The translations under genes and the position numbers were made by a program. The notes under the pieces are model-generated. The model was not told the DNA's origin, ran no database searches, and saw nothing but the letters and a program-made list of their open reading frames with translations. A stretch of DNA of 64,000 bases from Spirochaetota bacterium (GTDB lineage: Bacteria > Spirochaetota > UBA4802 > UBA5550), in contig JBNKTL010000016.1 of assembly GCA_050298055.1 (NCBI GenBank), positions 1 through 64,000 of the forward strand, given 5' to 3'. Below are positions 38,484-48,948 of this stretch, piece after piece. Each line of letters begins with the position of its first letter. The first letter of the stretch is position 1.

Positions 38484-39821
38484 TTATGTTACTTGTTCTT
38501 TGACAAGTTCTTCAAGTGATACCGGTTTCATCTTCTTTATTTTAGCATTATCGTAAAGAAAATCCAGTGTTTTTTCTATAATAATATCACTTTCCACACT
38601 GCCCCGGGAATTGTTCTCATTGATGATCTTCTCCAGATCCTCAACTGTATTATTGTTTCTCAAAGCCATTTTTTCGAGAAAAGCCCTGTAATCTTCATCC
38701 GAAACCTTTACCTCTTCAACTTTGGAGATTTCGCTGAGGCATACTGAAGTTTTTACTGATTGTTCCGCATCATCCTTCAGCTTTTTCTTATAATCATCGG
38801 GATTCATACCGATCATCAGGGCAAACGCATCTATGCTTTCGGCATTGGAGCCTATTCTCTCCTGTGTTCTCTGGAATAACCTGTACATCTCATTGAGAAC
38901 CATGGTTGAAGGAATGTCAAACTTTGATCCTTCCACAATTGTCTTGAGTATTTCACCCCTTACGTCACTTTTAATTTTCTCATCAGCATAGTTTTCCAGA
39001 CTTTCTCTGTTCTTTTTCATCATTTCTTCAAAAGTATCAAAACCTGCTTTTTGTGCGAATTCATCATTTCTTTCAGGGGGGATAATCCGGTTGATGGTGT
39101 TTATCATCACCAGGTATTTCACTTTCTGGCCGGCAAGATCTTTTACCTGGTAATCCTTCGGATACCTGACCTCAATCTCTTTCTCTTCATCCTTTTTCAT
39201 TCCAGGCAGGTATTTATCAAGAGCATGTTCATCCTGGCTCTTCCCCGCAACCACCGTATAATCTTTATATTCGAGACTTTCCCTTTCCGATTCATCAATA
39301 TTGTCGACCCGCTTCATCTTGAAATTAACCAGGTCTCCTTTTTCAATGGCACCATCCTCCTTTCCTTCAACAGTGGAGTAGCGTTCACTTATGGTATCAA
39401 TCTCCCGTTCAACATCGGCATCCGTGACTTTGCATGACTTTTCACTGGCAGAAACCTGCTTGTACTTACCCAGTTCAACAGTGGGATAAACTTCAAATGT
39501 CGCCTTAAACCTGAAGGGCTCATCTCTGCTGATATGTTCATAATTATACTTTGGTTCCGATATGGGTTGAAGCTCCTTCTCCCTGATGGCTTCCACTACC
39601 ATACTTTTGGCAAGATTGCCGGCAACATTCTGGTCAGCGTATTCCCGGTACTTTTTTTCAATCATCTGAATAGGGGCCTTCCCCTTTCTGAATCCATCTA
39701 TTTTTGCTGATTTTTTTACATCGTTAAATACTGCTTTATATTCCTCTTCAACATTTTCCAGGGGAACTTCAATCTCAAGTTCTACAACAGCATTTTCCAG
39801 TTTTTTTTCATTTAATACCAA
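38484..39821 (-). CDS. tig: Trigger factor
   Basis: IDGFRKGKAP ribosome-binding motif; tig-clpP-clpX-lon synteny. Confidence 0.93.
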   Translation of the reverse strand: MVLNEKKLENAVVELEIEVPLENVEEEYKAVFNDVKKSAKIDGFRKGKAPIQMIEKKYREYADQNVAGNLAKSMVVEAIREKELQPISEPKYNYEHISRDEPFRFKATFEVYPTVELGKYKQVSASEKSCKVTDADVEREIDTISERYSTVEGKEDGAIEKGDLVNFKMKRVDNIDESERESLEYKDYTVVAGKSQDEHALDKYLPGMKKDEEKEIEVRYPKDYQVKDLAGQKVKYLVMINTINRIIPPERNDEFAQKAGFDTFEEMMKKNRESLENYADEKIKSDVRGEILKTIVEGSKFDIPSTMVLNEMYRLFQRTQERIGSNAESIDAFALMIGMNPDDYKKKLKDDAEQSVKTSVCLSEISKVEEVKVSDEDYRAFLEKMALRNNNTVEDLEKIINENNSRGSVESDIIIEKTLDFLYDNAKIKKMKPVSLEELVKEQVT

Positions 39822-40005
39822 TTTACTTACACCTCTTTTATGATTTTATCCAGATTCATTTTTTCTTCTCTCGACGGGTCCTTGTGTTTTTTATATGATC
39901 TGTTCGAAGTCGGGAAATTTCTGCTGGTCTCACTTAATACAGAATATTCAAACCATGTGAGAGTCAAACATTTTTTCGTAACATGAATCCCTTACGCGTA
40001 TGGAT

Positions 40006-40040
40006 AAAAAAAAGGCCACAGGATTTTCTCCGTGCAGCCT
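40006..40040 (-). terminator. Intrinsic terminator after tRNA-Leu/tRNA-Gly
   Basis: Minus strand AGGCTGCACGGA-GAAAA-TCCTGTGGCC followed by a T run. Confidence 0.55.
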
Positions 40041-40045
40041 CTCTG

Positions 40046-40117
<72 letters not shown>

Positions 40118-40122
40118 ACTAT

Positions 40123-40204
40123 TGCGAGCGAAGGGAGTCGAACCCCCACACCCGAAGGTACTAGATCCTAAGTCTAGCGTGTCTGCCAGTTCCACCACGC
40201 TCGC
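40123..40204 (-). tRNA. tRNA-Leu(TAG)
   Basis: GCGAGCGTGGTGGAACTGGCAGACACGCTAGACTTAGGATCTAG..., long variable arm, GTTCGAC T-loop. Confidence 0.96.
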
Positions 40205-40378
40205 TAAACTCATTTAGTGGAACCAAGTATTTTTGCAGAAGGAAATAGTTCAAGCAATTTTCTTTAAAAAAAGATACTTTTTTGATGTGTGCGAATTATT
40301 TTTCGGGCAAAATAATTCGCGTCCATTTCGATTCATCTTTCGCTTGACCGTTTGCACATGTTAACCTCTAAGTGTTAC

Positions 40379-41128
40379 ATGGACCTGAAAGTTATCTATG
40401 AAGACAATCACATCCTGGCCGTTGAGAAACCCGCAGGAGTTCTCACCCAGGGCGACCATTCAGGTCAGATACCTCTCCTCCATGAGGCAAAGGAGTATAT
40501 CCGATTCAAATACAATAAACCGGGAGATGTCTTTCTTGGCCCGGTCCACAGGCTGGACAGGAACGTCTCCGGGATTCTTCTCTTTGCAAGGACCTCCAAG
40601 GCGGCCAGGAGACTCCACCGGCAGTTTCTCACCGGTAGTGTCAAAAAATATTACCTGGCTGTTGTCAGCGGCACTCCTTCACTTCCCATTAAACAACAGG
40701 AATGGATTGAACTGGTCCATCACCTGAGGAAACAGAGAGGTTTTACAGAGGTTTTCACCATTAAAACAGGGAATTCACAGGAAGGAAGATTGAAATTTAT
40801 GGAGATTGCGGAGAATGGCGGGCAACGACTTCTTCTGGTCAGGCTGATAACAGGCAGGAAACACCAGGTGAGGGCCCAGCTTTCTTCCATTGGTCTGCCC
40901 GTAGCAGGAGATACGAAGTACGGGTCCCGGGACGAATTCCCCCATGAGAGGATCTGCCTTCATTCTCTGGCTCTCTCATTCAAACACCCGGTAAAGGATG
41001 TCTGCCTGGAACTCTTCTCCCATATCCCGGATCTCTTTCTGAGCAGGGGATTTAATGAAAAAGAAATTATGAAAAGAACCAGGGAGCTGATATCCGAAGA
41101 GATCCGGGGAGAAAAGACATTGACATAA
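40379..41128 (+). CDS. RluA-family pseudouridine synthase
   Basis: IYED.H...VEKPAG, VHRLDR.VSG, TGRKHQVRAQL, GD.KYG, LHS..L.F.HP. Confidence 0.92.
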   Translation: MDLKVIYEDNHILAVEKPAGVLTQGDHSGQIPLLHEAKEYIRFKYNKPGDVFLGPVHRLDRNVSGILLFARTSKAARRLHRQFLTGSVKKYYLAVVSGTPSLPIKQQEWIELVHHLRKQRGFTEVFTIKTGNSQEGRLKFMEIAENGGQRLLLVRLITGRKHQVRAQLSSIGLPVAGDTKYGSRDEFPHERICLHSLALSFKHPVKDVCLELFSHIPDLFLSRGFNEKEIMKRTRELISEEIRGEKTLT

Positions 41129-41215
41129 TTGCCGGTTTAAAATTCTGATAACCTCTAGTACTTCGACTACGTGATTTTAAACTAATCATGGTTGGTTAAC
41201 TGCTGGAGCATATTC

Positions 41216-42328
41216 ATGTACAGAAAAACCTATGCTGAGATAGACCTCGGGGCAATTGCAGACAATCTCAGGGCATTCAGAGAATTTACAGGGGGCGGTA
41301 CCAGGATACTTCTGCCCGTTAAGGCAAATGCCTACGGACATGGAATCATTGAAGTTTCAACATATGTGGAAGAGACAGGCACCGCGGATATTCTTGGCAT
41401 AAGTTCACCTGATGAGGCAAAAATACTCCGGGAGGCCGGCATAACCCTCCCCCTTCTGAACATGGGAGTGATACTGCCTGCAGAAGACCAGGTTAAAGCA
41501 GTCCTCGACTATTCTATTACTCAGACTGTTGCAGATTACAGGATAGCAGAAATGATATCGGAAGAAGCTGCAGGTTCAGGTAAAGAAGCCTTGATTCATG
41601 TTAAGATTGATACCGGGATGGGCAGAATCGGGTGCAGTGCCGATGATACTGTTACTCTCATACAGCGAATAATGGCCCTGGACAATATTAACCTGGAAGG
41701 TATTTATACACACTTTCCCGTTGCAGATGAGCCAGAAAGAGATATGAGCAGGCAGCAGATCCGCAGGTTCAGGGAGATTATCCATGAACTTGTCAGACTG
41801 AAAATCGAGATCCCCCTGAAGCATATATCACACAGTGCAGGTACCATGAATTTTTCCCATGATCTCTTTGATATGATTCGACCGGGCATCATGTCTTACG
41901 GCTACCAGCCATTATACGGAATGAAATCCGAAATAATGGTTACACCGGCCATGACTTTAAAAAGCTGCATAGTGTTTACCAAACGGGTAAAAAAAGGGAC
42001 CGGCCTCTCCTATGGATTGACATATTTCACAAAAACCGATTCGAATATTGCCACTGTAGCAATCGGGTATGGAGACGGATACAACAGGGCTCTCTCAAAC
42101 AGGGCAAAAGTCATCATCCGGGAAAAAGAATACCCTGTTGTGGGCAGGGTGACCATGGACCAGATCCTTGTCAACCTTGGAGATGATAGTTACGAAACAG
42201 GAGAGGAGGTGATACTTTTCGGCAAGGAGAAGATTACAGCTGATGATATCGCTCATATCTATGATACAATCTCATACGAAGTTACCTGCCAGATCACATC
42301 ACGTGTCCCCCGGATTTATATAAGATAG
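41216..42328 (+). CDS. alr: Alanine racemase
   Basis: VKANAYGHG PLP lysine, KIDTGMGRIG, IGYGDG, GRVTMDQ. Confidence 0.96.
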   Translation: MYRKTYAEIDLGAIADNLRAFREFTGGGTRILLPVKANAYGHGIIEVSTYVEETGTADILGISSPDEAKILREAGITLPLLNMGVILPAEDQVKAVLDYSITQTVADYRIAEMISEEAAGSGKEALIHVKIDTGMGRIGCSADDTVTLIQRIMALDNINLEGIYTHFPVADEPERDMSRQQIRRFREIIHELVRLKIEIPLKHISHSAGTMNFSHDLFDMIRPGIMSYGYQPLYGMKSEIMVTPAMTLKSCIVFTKRVKKGTGLSYGLTYFTKTDSNIATVAIGYGDGYNRALSNRAKVIIREKEYPVVGRVTMDQILVNLGDDSYETGEEVILFGKEKITADDIAHIYDTISYEVTCQITSRVPRIYIR

Positions 42329-42466
42329 TTGTAAGTACACATTTTTCAATAGTGCCATTTTTGACAACAAAACGGGTAACAACCATTATTTTCAAATATG
42401 CCCTTTATTTGCCTAAATCGGGCTTGACATAAATATTTTATGATAATATGTATCCAGCAATCAACA

Positions 42467-42560
42467 CTAGTGCCGAGCCCGCGTGATTTTGCACCAATAA
42501 GATTTTGTAACAGTCGTTACATTTTGAAATGAGTTAAAAATCACGCAGTCGAAGTACCGG
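42467..42560. repeat. Small inverted-repeat element (family C)
   Basis: GCGTGATTTT (42481) / AAAATCACGC (42537) arms with inner GTAAC-AGTC-GTTAC; right arm also matches 41158-41178 in inverted orientation. Confidence 0.6.
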
Positions 42561-42630
42561 ATGAGTATCAATTCTCAAAATGATGTAATTTACTTTTTTT
42601 TATAATAAAGAACTTTCAAAGGTTTACACT

Positions 42631-43566
42631 ATGCCAGATGATGATTTTTCATCCCTTTTTGATGATGACGATAATATTTCTTCCCCTCCCGGGGAATCTG
42701 AAAAGGGCTTTTCCTCCCTGGACGATGAACTCAGCTCATTTATGGGAGAAGATGATAAGGCAGCTCCCCAAAAAACAGATTTGAATAAAAAGCTCTACGA
42801 TGAAGTTGGTGATGAAGGAATTCATAAAACCGACAAAGTCAAGGTGGAAATACCTCCTGAAAAAAGAAGGTCATCTCAGGATTTCGAACCTGATATGGAT
42901 GCTCTTCTCATTACTGCTCAGTCCCCCCTGATACTGGAAGGGATGAAATGTCTTTCTGCCCGAAATTTTTCATCAAGCACACACCAGGTCTATTCCGAAG
43001 CGATTAAGGGGATAGATCTCTATATAAAGATACTGAACAGAAACCCAAACAACTATAAAAAACTGTCACAGATAATCAATCAGGACATAGACTGCAAGGA
43101 GGTTGAAAAAATGGCTTTTAACCTCTATACCATGACATATAACGACGGGCCTGTCACCGATGACCAGAAAGTTGTTGCCTTTGAAATACTCAGAGAGGGC
43201 CTGAACAACGGTCTGAAAAAAGTTTACATCAGTAAATCCATGATATATATAAAAAAGTTTTTTCTCCAGTCAGGAAGCCTTGACGAATACCAGATCACGC
43301 AGCTTTATCAGAAAAACGATGCGCAGTTGAAGCGGGACATATCCGATATTAACCAGCTTCTGAAATATGCCATCAAACTTATTAAATCGGGAAAAGGGGA
43401 AATCGCCAAGGGAGTTAAGGGAAAGGACCTGAATATCTATATCATTAAGGCAAGTGAGATCCTCTACTATTATTGTAATATTTCGGGGAAGCTGCAGGAA
43501 GCCAAATACTTTAAACGTATCATGGAAACCCACAAGAACTATTTTGTCATAAGAGAAGACTCATAA
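42631..43566 (+). CDS. Hypothetical protein with acidic low-complexity N-terminus
   Basis: 311-aa ORF with host-like codon use; no motif recognised. Confidence 0.65.
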   Translation: MPDDDFSSLFDDDDNISSPPGESEKGFSSLDDELSSFMGEDDKAAPQKTDLNKKLYDEVGDEGIHKTDKVKVEIPPEKRRSSQDFEPDMDALLITAQSPLILEGMKCLSARNFSSSTHQVYSEAIKGIDLYIKILNRNPNNYKKLSQIINQDIDCKEVEKMAFNLYTMTYNDGPVTDDQKVVAFEILREGLNNGLKKVYISKSMIYIKKFFLQSGSLDEYQITQLYQKNDAQLKRDISDINQLLKYAIKLIKSGKGEIAKGVKGKDLNIYIIKASEILYYYCNISGKLQEAKYFKRIMETHKNYFVIREDS

Positions 43567-44709
43567 AAGCGATTCAACCGCGTCAAAGATAACCGCATCA
43601 GCAAGGAGAATACCCCTCTCTGTAAGTTGTATCTGATGCTCACCGGTTCCTTTCTTTATCCTTACAAGGCCGTCTCTTTCAAGCTTATGAAATTTTTCGG
43701 AGACTTTTTCGGGGAGTCCAAATCCCGTCAACTTCTTCATCTTCTCCAGTGAAAAACCTTCTCTCAACCTGAGGCCTGTGAGGATATACTCAACCAGGGG
43801 AGCATATCCGCTCCTTACATCTTCTCCCAGTTCCAGGTCCACCGATTCAAGGTATTTTCCAATACTCATCCTGTTTATATATCTCCGGTTACGGATAAAT
43901 GAATGTGCTCCGGGCCCTAAACCGATATATGGCTGAAATGTCCAGTATTTCATGTTGTGTCGTGACGCGAACCCTTTGAGGGAGAAATTGGATATCTCGT
44001 AGTGGATATAGCTCTTCTCATTGAGATACTTCATTGCGGTTTCAAATAAATCCCGTTGCAGTTCCTGGAAGGTGTCATCCGGATCAATCTTTTTATAAAG
44101 GGGGGTCTTTTTATCAAGAGTAAGGAGATAGACAGAGATGTGTTCCGGATTATACGATGTAATGGTTTCGAGATCTTCAGAGAGTTCCTCGGTACTCTGG
44201 CCGGGTATTCCGGTTATGAGGTCAAGGGAGTGGATTATCCCTTTTACTCTGAAAAATTCATCAAGATGCTCTCTCTGTACCGGGTCTCCGCGTCTTCCGA
44301 TCACCCGGTGGAGCCTCCTGTTTAACGTCTGCACGCCCAGTACTACCCTGTTAACACCTGCATCCCTGTATCCGTCAATTTTCCTTTTCGTTGCATCAGC
44401 GGGATTTACTTCAATTGTAATCTCAGAATCATCCGCAATCCTGAAATTTCTTCTCAGGCTCTCAATGATACCGGATATTTCCACCGGTTCCAGAAGTGAC
44501 GGCGTCCCTCCCCCAAAATAGACGGTATCAACCTCCACGTCACCGAATCTCCGGAACCACCAGGACGCCTCATCTTTCAGCCTCCGGGTATACTTCCTCA
44601 CAACATCTTCCTGTGAATTGTCAAATACTGAGAGAGGATAAGACCTGAAGCTGCAGTAATCACACTTCTCCCTGCAGAAAGGGATGTGCAGATAAAGACC
44701 GGTTTTCAT
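43561..44709 (-). CDS. hemW: Radical SAM heme chaperone HemW (HemN-like)
   Basis: YLHIPFC..KCDYCSF, YFGGGTPS, YEISNF, HN.KYW, GLGPGAHS. Confidence 0.9.
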   Translation of the reverse strand: MKTGLYLHIPFCREKCDYCSFRSYPLSVFDNSQEDVVRKYTRRLKDEASWWFRRFGDVEVDTVYFGGGTPSLLEPVEISGIIESLRRNFRIADDSEITIEVNPADATKRKIDGYRDAGVNRVVLGVQTLNRRLHRVIGRRGDPVQREHLDEFFRVKGIIHSLDLITGIPGQSTEELSEDLETITSYNPEHISVYLLTLDKKTPLYKKIDPDDTFQELQRDLFETAMKYLNEKSYIHYEISNFSLKGFASRHNMKYWTFQPYIGLGPGAHSFIRNRRYINRMSIGKYLESVDLELGEDVRSGYAPLVEYILTGLRLREGFSLEKMKKLTGFGLPEKVSEKFHKLERDGLVRIKKGTGEHQIQLTERGILLADAVIFDAVESLL

Positions 44710-44710
44710 T

Positions 44711-46363
44711 TCATCTTTTCAATCCAAGTTGCAGACTGCTCTTTGTCAGCGGAATAAAATTGCCGTTCAGACATTGGGCAAGCTGTTTTATGGACTCATC
44801 GGTATTGGAGAAAGATATAAGCATATTTTCCGCAAGTCCGGAACGTGCCACCGGAAAGGGATTACCGCTGGAAAGGACAAGCAGTTCAAGACGGTTTTTT
44901 GCGCTGTATTCTTTCAGAGCTTTAAGTTCTTTGATGTCCGGCTTCAGCCTGTTTATATGGTATAAAATGGTAACCCGTCCCTTCATCCTGCCCACTGAAA
45001 TTCCCCGAATAAGTTCTGAGGCACTTTTAAGGAAAATATCCCCGCTCTTCGGTTTAATGTTCTTTTTAAGAAGTTTGCTCCCTCTGATAAAGATTCTTCT
45101 CTGATTTTTTCCGTTTATGAGCCCGGTCTCTTTTCCGGTGAAAAAGATGGCCCCCCGGGAGATCTCCCTGTTCAGGGCCTCTGCGTGTTCAAGGATCCGC
45201 CTTTCACTTTTTGTGAAATAGAACCTCCCGGGAGTGACTTTTCTGTTAATAAATGAGATGATATTGTACCTGAGCTTCATGTTGATAATTCTTTTTACCG
45301 ATTCATCAACTCTCTTCATCTCTATTTTCCCGCTCTTAATGCTCTTATAAAGTGAATTGTAAATCCCAGCTGTGTTCTTTCCGAATGTACTGATGAGGAT
45401 AATATCAGCCCCGGCACTGAAAGATTTCACTGCAGCTTCACCGATATTCATTTTTTTTGATATGGCCTTCATCTCAAGGTCATCGGTAAAGATCACACCG
45501 TTGAATTTCATCTCACTTCTCAGGATGCCGGTGAGGAATCTCTTCGAGAGGGTTGCAGGTTCACTGCTTTTTAAAATACCAGGGTATGATATATGGGCCG
45601 TCATCATGCATTCTACGCCGCTGCCAATTGCCTTTTTAAAGGGGATAAATTCAAGCTTCCGGAGCCTCTCCAGCGAATGCCTGATGACCGGAAGAGTCAG
45701 GTGAGAGTCCTTATTGGTATCACCATGTCCGGGAAAGTGTTTCCCTACGGCGATGCAGAGAGATGATTGGAGTCCCCTGATATAGCTGCTCCCCTGTTTC
45801 GCCACGAGAAGGGGGTCTGATCCGAATGACCTGAGGTTTATCACAGGATTATCAGGGTTATTGTTTACGTCAAGGACAGGTGCCAGGTTCATATTGATAC
45901 CCAGATCCCTGAGCTGCAGGCCGAGAATCTTTGCCATTTCATAGGTTTTCTCACTCCTGTTATAAATGCCTGCTGCCATGTTTCCCGGGAACTGCGTCAC
46001 TTCGCTTTCAATCCTTTTTACCCTCCCCCCCTCCTGGTCAATTGAAACGAAAAGGGGAATGCCTGAATTCCCCATGGATATTGACTGCATTTCATTGATA
46101 TATTTTTTTACCCTGCTCCCCTTGTCAAGGTTGTAACCAAAAAGAATAACCCCGCCGGGCCGGTACTCAGAGATAATTTTTTCGGTTTTTCTGTTCATCT
46201 TTTTTCCCGGTATGGCAACCATGATAAGCTGCCCCACTTTATCCTTGAGGTCCATTTTTTTCAGGATATGTTCGGCCTCCTCCTTTTCGATGTTGATTTT
46301 ACAGGAGATGTTTGATGTAATTAACAAAAGTACGGAAAGAGAAAATATTTTAAATTGTTTCAT
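44711..46363 (-). CDS. nagZ: GH3 beta-N-acetylhexosaminidase (probable lipoprotein)
   Basis: IDQEGGRV, APVLD, KHFPGHG.T..DSH, TDDLEM. Confidence 0.9.
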   Translation of the reverse strand: MKQFKIFSLSVLLLITSNISCKINIEKEEAEHILKKMDLKDKVGQLIMVAIPGKKMNRKTEKIISEYRPGGVILFGYNLDKGSRVKKYINEMQSISMGNSGIPLFVSIDQEGGRVKRIESEVTQFPGNMAAGIYNRSEKTYEMAKILGLQLRDLGINMNLAPVLDVNNNPDNPVINLRSFGSDPLLVAKQGSSYIRGLQSSLCIAVGKHFPGHGDTNKDSHLTLPVIRHSLERLRKLEFIPFKKAIGSGVECMMTAHISYPGILKSSEPATLSKRFLTGILRSEMKFNGVIFTDDLEMKAISKKMNIGEAAVKSFSAGADIILISTFGKNTAGIYNSLYKSIKSGKIEMKRVDESVKRIINMKLRYNIISFINRKVTPGRFYFTKSERRILEHAEALNREISRGAIFFTGKETGLINGKNQRRIFIRGSKLLKKNIKPKSGDIFLKSASELIRGISVGRMKGRVTILYHINRLKPDIKELKALKEYSAKNRLELLVLSSGNPFPVARSGLAENMLISFSNTDESIKQLAQCLNGNFIPLTKSSLQLGLKR

Positions 46364-46388
46364 ATATAATCCTTAAGTTGAGTTATTC

Positions 46389-46602
46389 GTTGCCAGTTAA
46401 AAAGTTTTGAGTTAAAGTCATCATGAGGAGCAGCGCGACGCAATGATCTGTTTATTCAATAAAAAATGTTTCTCTCAATACCGGGGATTTCATAAACAGA
46501 CAGCTTCGCATTGCTCGTTAAAACAATAACAATCCGGAACAGATAGCCACGCTGCGCTCGCTATGACAATAATCCGAAGCCCAGGACTTCTTTACTCGCA
46601 AC
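46389..46602. repeat. Composite repeat: outer imperfect inverted repeat enclosing degenerate GTCATTGCGAG/CTCGCAATGAC-type palindromic units
   Basis: GTTGCCAGTTAAAAAGT / ACTTCTTTACTCGCAAC outer arms; inner GTCATCATGAGGAGCAGCGCGACG and AGATAGCCACGCTGCGCTCGCTATGAC. Confidence 0.6.
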
Positions 46603-46646
46603 TTTTCTCCATAAATCTATTAGATCAAGTCTTTTATAGGGATCCG

Positions 46647-46790
46647 TGATAATTAAATTTTATCCTTAATAATAAACAACCTGTTTCCTGAAATATCAAC
46701 AATATATCCCCGCCGCCGAAGGCGGCGGGGATATATCAGTTATCTTTTTTAATGGATATGATTATTCATATCATATAGCTGTGTAGTTAC
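46647..46790. repeat. Palindromic element family A
   Basis: Perfect core ATATATCCCCGCCGCC-GAA-GGCGGCGGGGATATAT; right end ATAGCTGTGTAGTTAC; left end degenerate. Confidence 0.88.
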
Positions 46791-46915
46791 AAAAATAATT
46801 TATAAATGTTATTTATGAAATATTTATCTCTTTTAATAATTTCACCTTGATTTTTACGCTTAATTATCCAACTATAGTCAAGAACATTCTCGTTCAATGG
46901 CGGTTGTATAAAAAT

Positions 46916-47689
46916 ATGAAACCTTATAAATCTAAAAAAGCATTTGAAAATCATGAATTCCTCAATTCAAGGGAAGCAAGAACATTGAGAATCCTCAGTG
47001 AATACCTTGAACCAGAAAAACGATTTAAAGAACTGGATATAAAGCATACCGTTGTTTTTTTCGGATCAGCCCGTTTTAAACGGGATGAAGATGGGAGCGG
47101 GACATCAAAATATTACAGGGCAGCTGAACAATTTGCCGGGAAACTGGCAAATCTGAACAGGGAAATAAAAGAAGAAACCGGAAACACTTTTTATATCTGC
47201 ACCGGCGGAGGACCGGGTATCATGGAAGCGGCAAACAGGGGTGCTTCGGAAGCAGGGGAACCGACCATAGGGCTTAACATTGAACTCCCCTTTGAACAGT
47301 TTTCTAATCCCTATATAACCAATGTACTGAATTTTGATTTTCACTACTTTTTCATGAGAAAACTCTGGTTTTTGTTTCATGCCAAAGCGGTTGTTATTTT
47401 CCCGGGCGGTTTTGGCACAATGGATGAACTTTTTGAAACACTGACACTGGTGCAGACAAAAAAAATGGAAAAACTCGACATACCCATTATGCTCTATGAC
47501 AGGGAATTCTGGGAAGACCTGATAAATTTTAAAAAATTTGTTGATATGGGTCTTATATCGCCGGAAGATATCGATCTTATGCATTTTTTTACTGATATCG
47601 ACGAAGGAATTGAATATCTTAAGCCGAGGCTTATATCCAACATGATGAATCTTGACAATATACTCACCCGAAGGAAAATCCAGTTTTAA
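46916..47689 (+). CDS. LOG family protein (TIGR00730-like nucleotide phosphoribohydrolase)
   Basis: FFGSAR, TGGGPGIMEAANRGA, YFFMRK, PGGFGTMDELFE. Confidence 0.92.
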   Translation: MKPYKSKKAFENHEFLNSREARTLRILSEYLEPEKRFKELDIKHTVVFFGSARFKRDEDGSGTSKYYRAAEQFAGKLANLNREIKEETGNTFYICTGGGPGIMEAANRGASEAGEPTIGLNIELPFEQFSNPYITNVLNFDFHYFFMRKLWFLFHAKAVVIFPGGFGTMDELFETLTLVQTKKMEKLDIPIMLYDREFWEDLINFKKFVDMGLISPEDIDLMHFFTDIDEGIEYLKPRLISNMMNLDNILTRRKIQF

Positions 47690-47691
47690 TC

Positions 47692-48204
47692 ATGAACAGA
47701 ATAATAATAACATCTTTTATGGCTATCCTGCTGATTTCTGCGGAAGTTTTTCCTCTCACAGACTTCGTGAACTACAATAACAGCAGGTTTAACTACAGCT
47801 TTAACTATCCCGGAACATGGGAAAAAAAAGAAATTGACCTTGTCTATAAACATCTTTTAACAATTTCTCTGGATAACTATACTGAGATTAAAGTTACGGC
47901 CTCAGAAGCTGATGACGAAGAAAAAGAAAAATGGCAAAGCATCGGGGAATGGTATTCAAAAGGAACCGGCTCAAAGATGAGGCTGATACTGGAGAAGAAG
48001 AATTTTAAACTGAACAAAAACATTGTTTCCCGGCTGCTGGTTTTCCAGTACCATCTTGATAAAAGAAAGATGCTGAAAAGGATGACTATCACCGACACGG
48101 GAAGGAGCATTATCGTCATAGAATGTTCCGCTCCTGTAAAAACTTTTTACAAATATGACAGCTTATTTAATGCGGTCCTGAGAAGTATCAGGATAAATCC
48201 CTGA
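47692..48204 (+). CDS. Exported hypothetical protein (PsbP/DcrB-like fold possible)
   Basis: Signal peptide; YSFNYP..W motif; F..VL.SI C-terminus. Confidence 0.55.
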   Translation: MNRIIITSFMAILLISAEVFPLTDFVNYNNSRFNYSFNYPGTWEKKEIDLVYKHLLTISLDNYTEIKVTASEADDEEKEKWQSIGEWYSKGTGSKMRLILEKKNFKLNKNIVSRLLVFQYHLDKRKMLKRMTITDTGRSIIVIECSAPVKTFYKYDSLFNAVLRSIRINP

Positions 48205-48240
48205 TTGGGCTCATTAAATTCAAACCTCTTCTATTACACA

Positions 48241-48948
48241 ATGCTTCTTTTAAAAAAACAAAGTCTAAAAAAATTCATAAAATACCTGTTGAAAATTCTT
48301 GCAGTTCTTCACCTGATACTTTTTATCACCGGTCTCATACTCTGTTTTAGAATCTGGAAGAACAATCCTGAGAAGTCCGCACTGATGATTTACCGGAAGC
48401 ACTACCAGAAGGTTATTCCGTCAGAAAGAGTACCGGTTCCCATTGATGAAATTCCTGTAAATGTCAGAGACATGCTTATATTGGTTGAAGATCCCGGTTT
48501 TTACTCCCACCATGGAATTCACCCTGGAGCAATATTCAACGCATTAAAGCTTAACTACCAACTGGGGTACATTAAATGGGGAGGGAGTACAATAACACAG
48601 CAGATTACCAGGACTCTTTTCCTGGTCCCTGACAAAAGATACCTCCGCAAATATATTGAGATAGTATTTGCACTGGCAATGGAAGCGGCCCTCAGCAAAG
48701 AGAGGATACTTGAACTTTATTTTAATTATGTTGAGTTTGGACCGGGAATATATGGTATCGGGCAGGCATCAATTTATCATTATGGAAGAGAATTTAAAGA
48801 ACTTTCAATGGATGAAATAATGAGATTGATAACAATACTGCCAAACCCCATAAAATATAACACCTTTAACTTTAGAAAAAGCAGCCACCTTGCAAAGAGG
48901 TATTACATTCTTCTTGATAAATTTCAGAATTACGAATATAATGAATAG
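48241..48948 (+). CDS. mtgA: Monofunctional peptidoglycan transglycosylase (GT51)
   Basis: VEDPGFY.H.G, GGSTITQQ..R.LFL, RK..E, SKERILELY.N, GIYGI, LPNP. Confidence 0.85.
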   Translation: MLLLKKQSLKKFIKYLLKILAVLHLILFITGLILCFRIWKNNPEKSALMIYRKHYQKVIPSERVPVPIDEIPVNVRDMLILVEDPGFYSHHGIHPGAIFNALKLNYQLGYIKWGGSTITQQITRTLFLVPDKRYLRKYIEIVFALAMEAALSKERILELYFNYVEFGPGIYGIGQASIYHYGREFKELSMDEIMRLITILPNPIKYNTFNFRKSSHLAKRYYILLDKFQNYEYNE

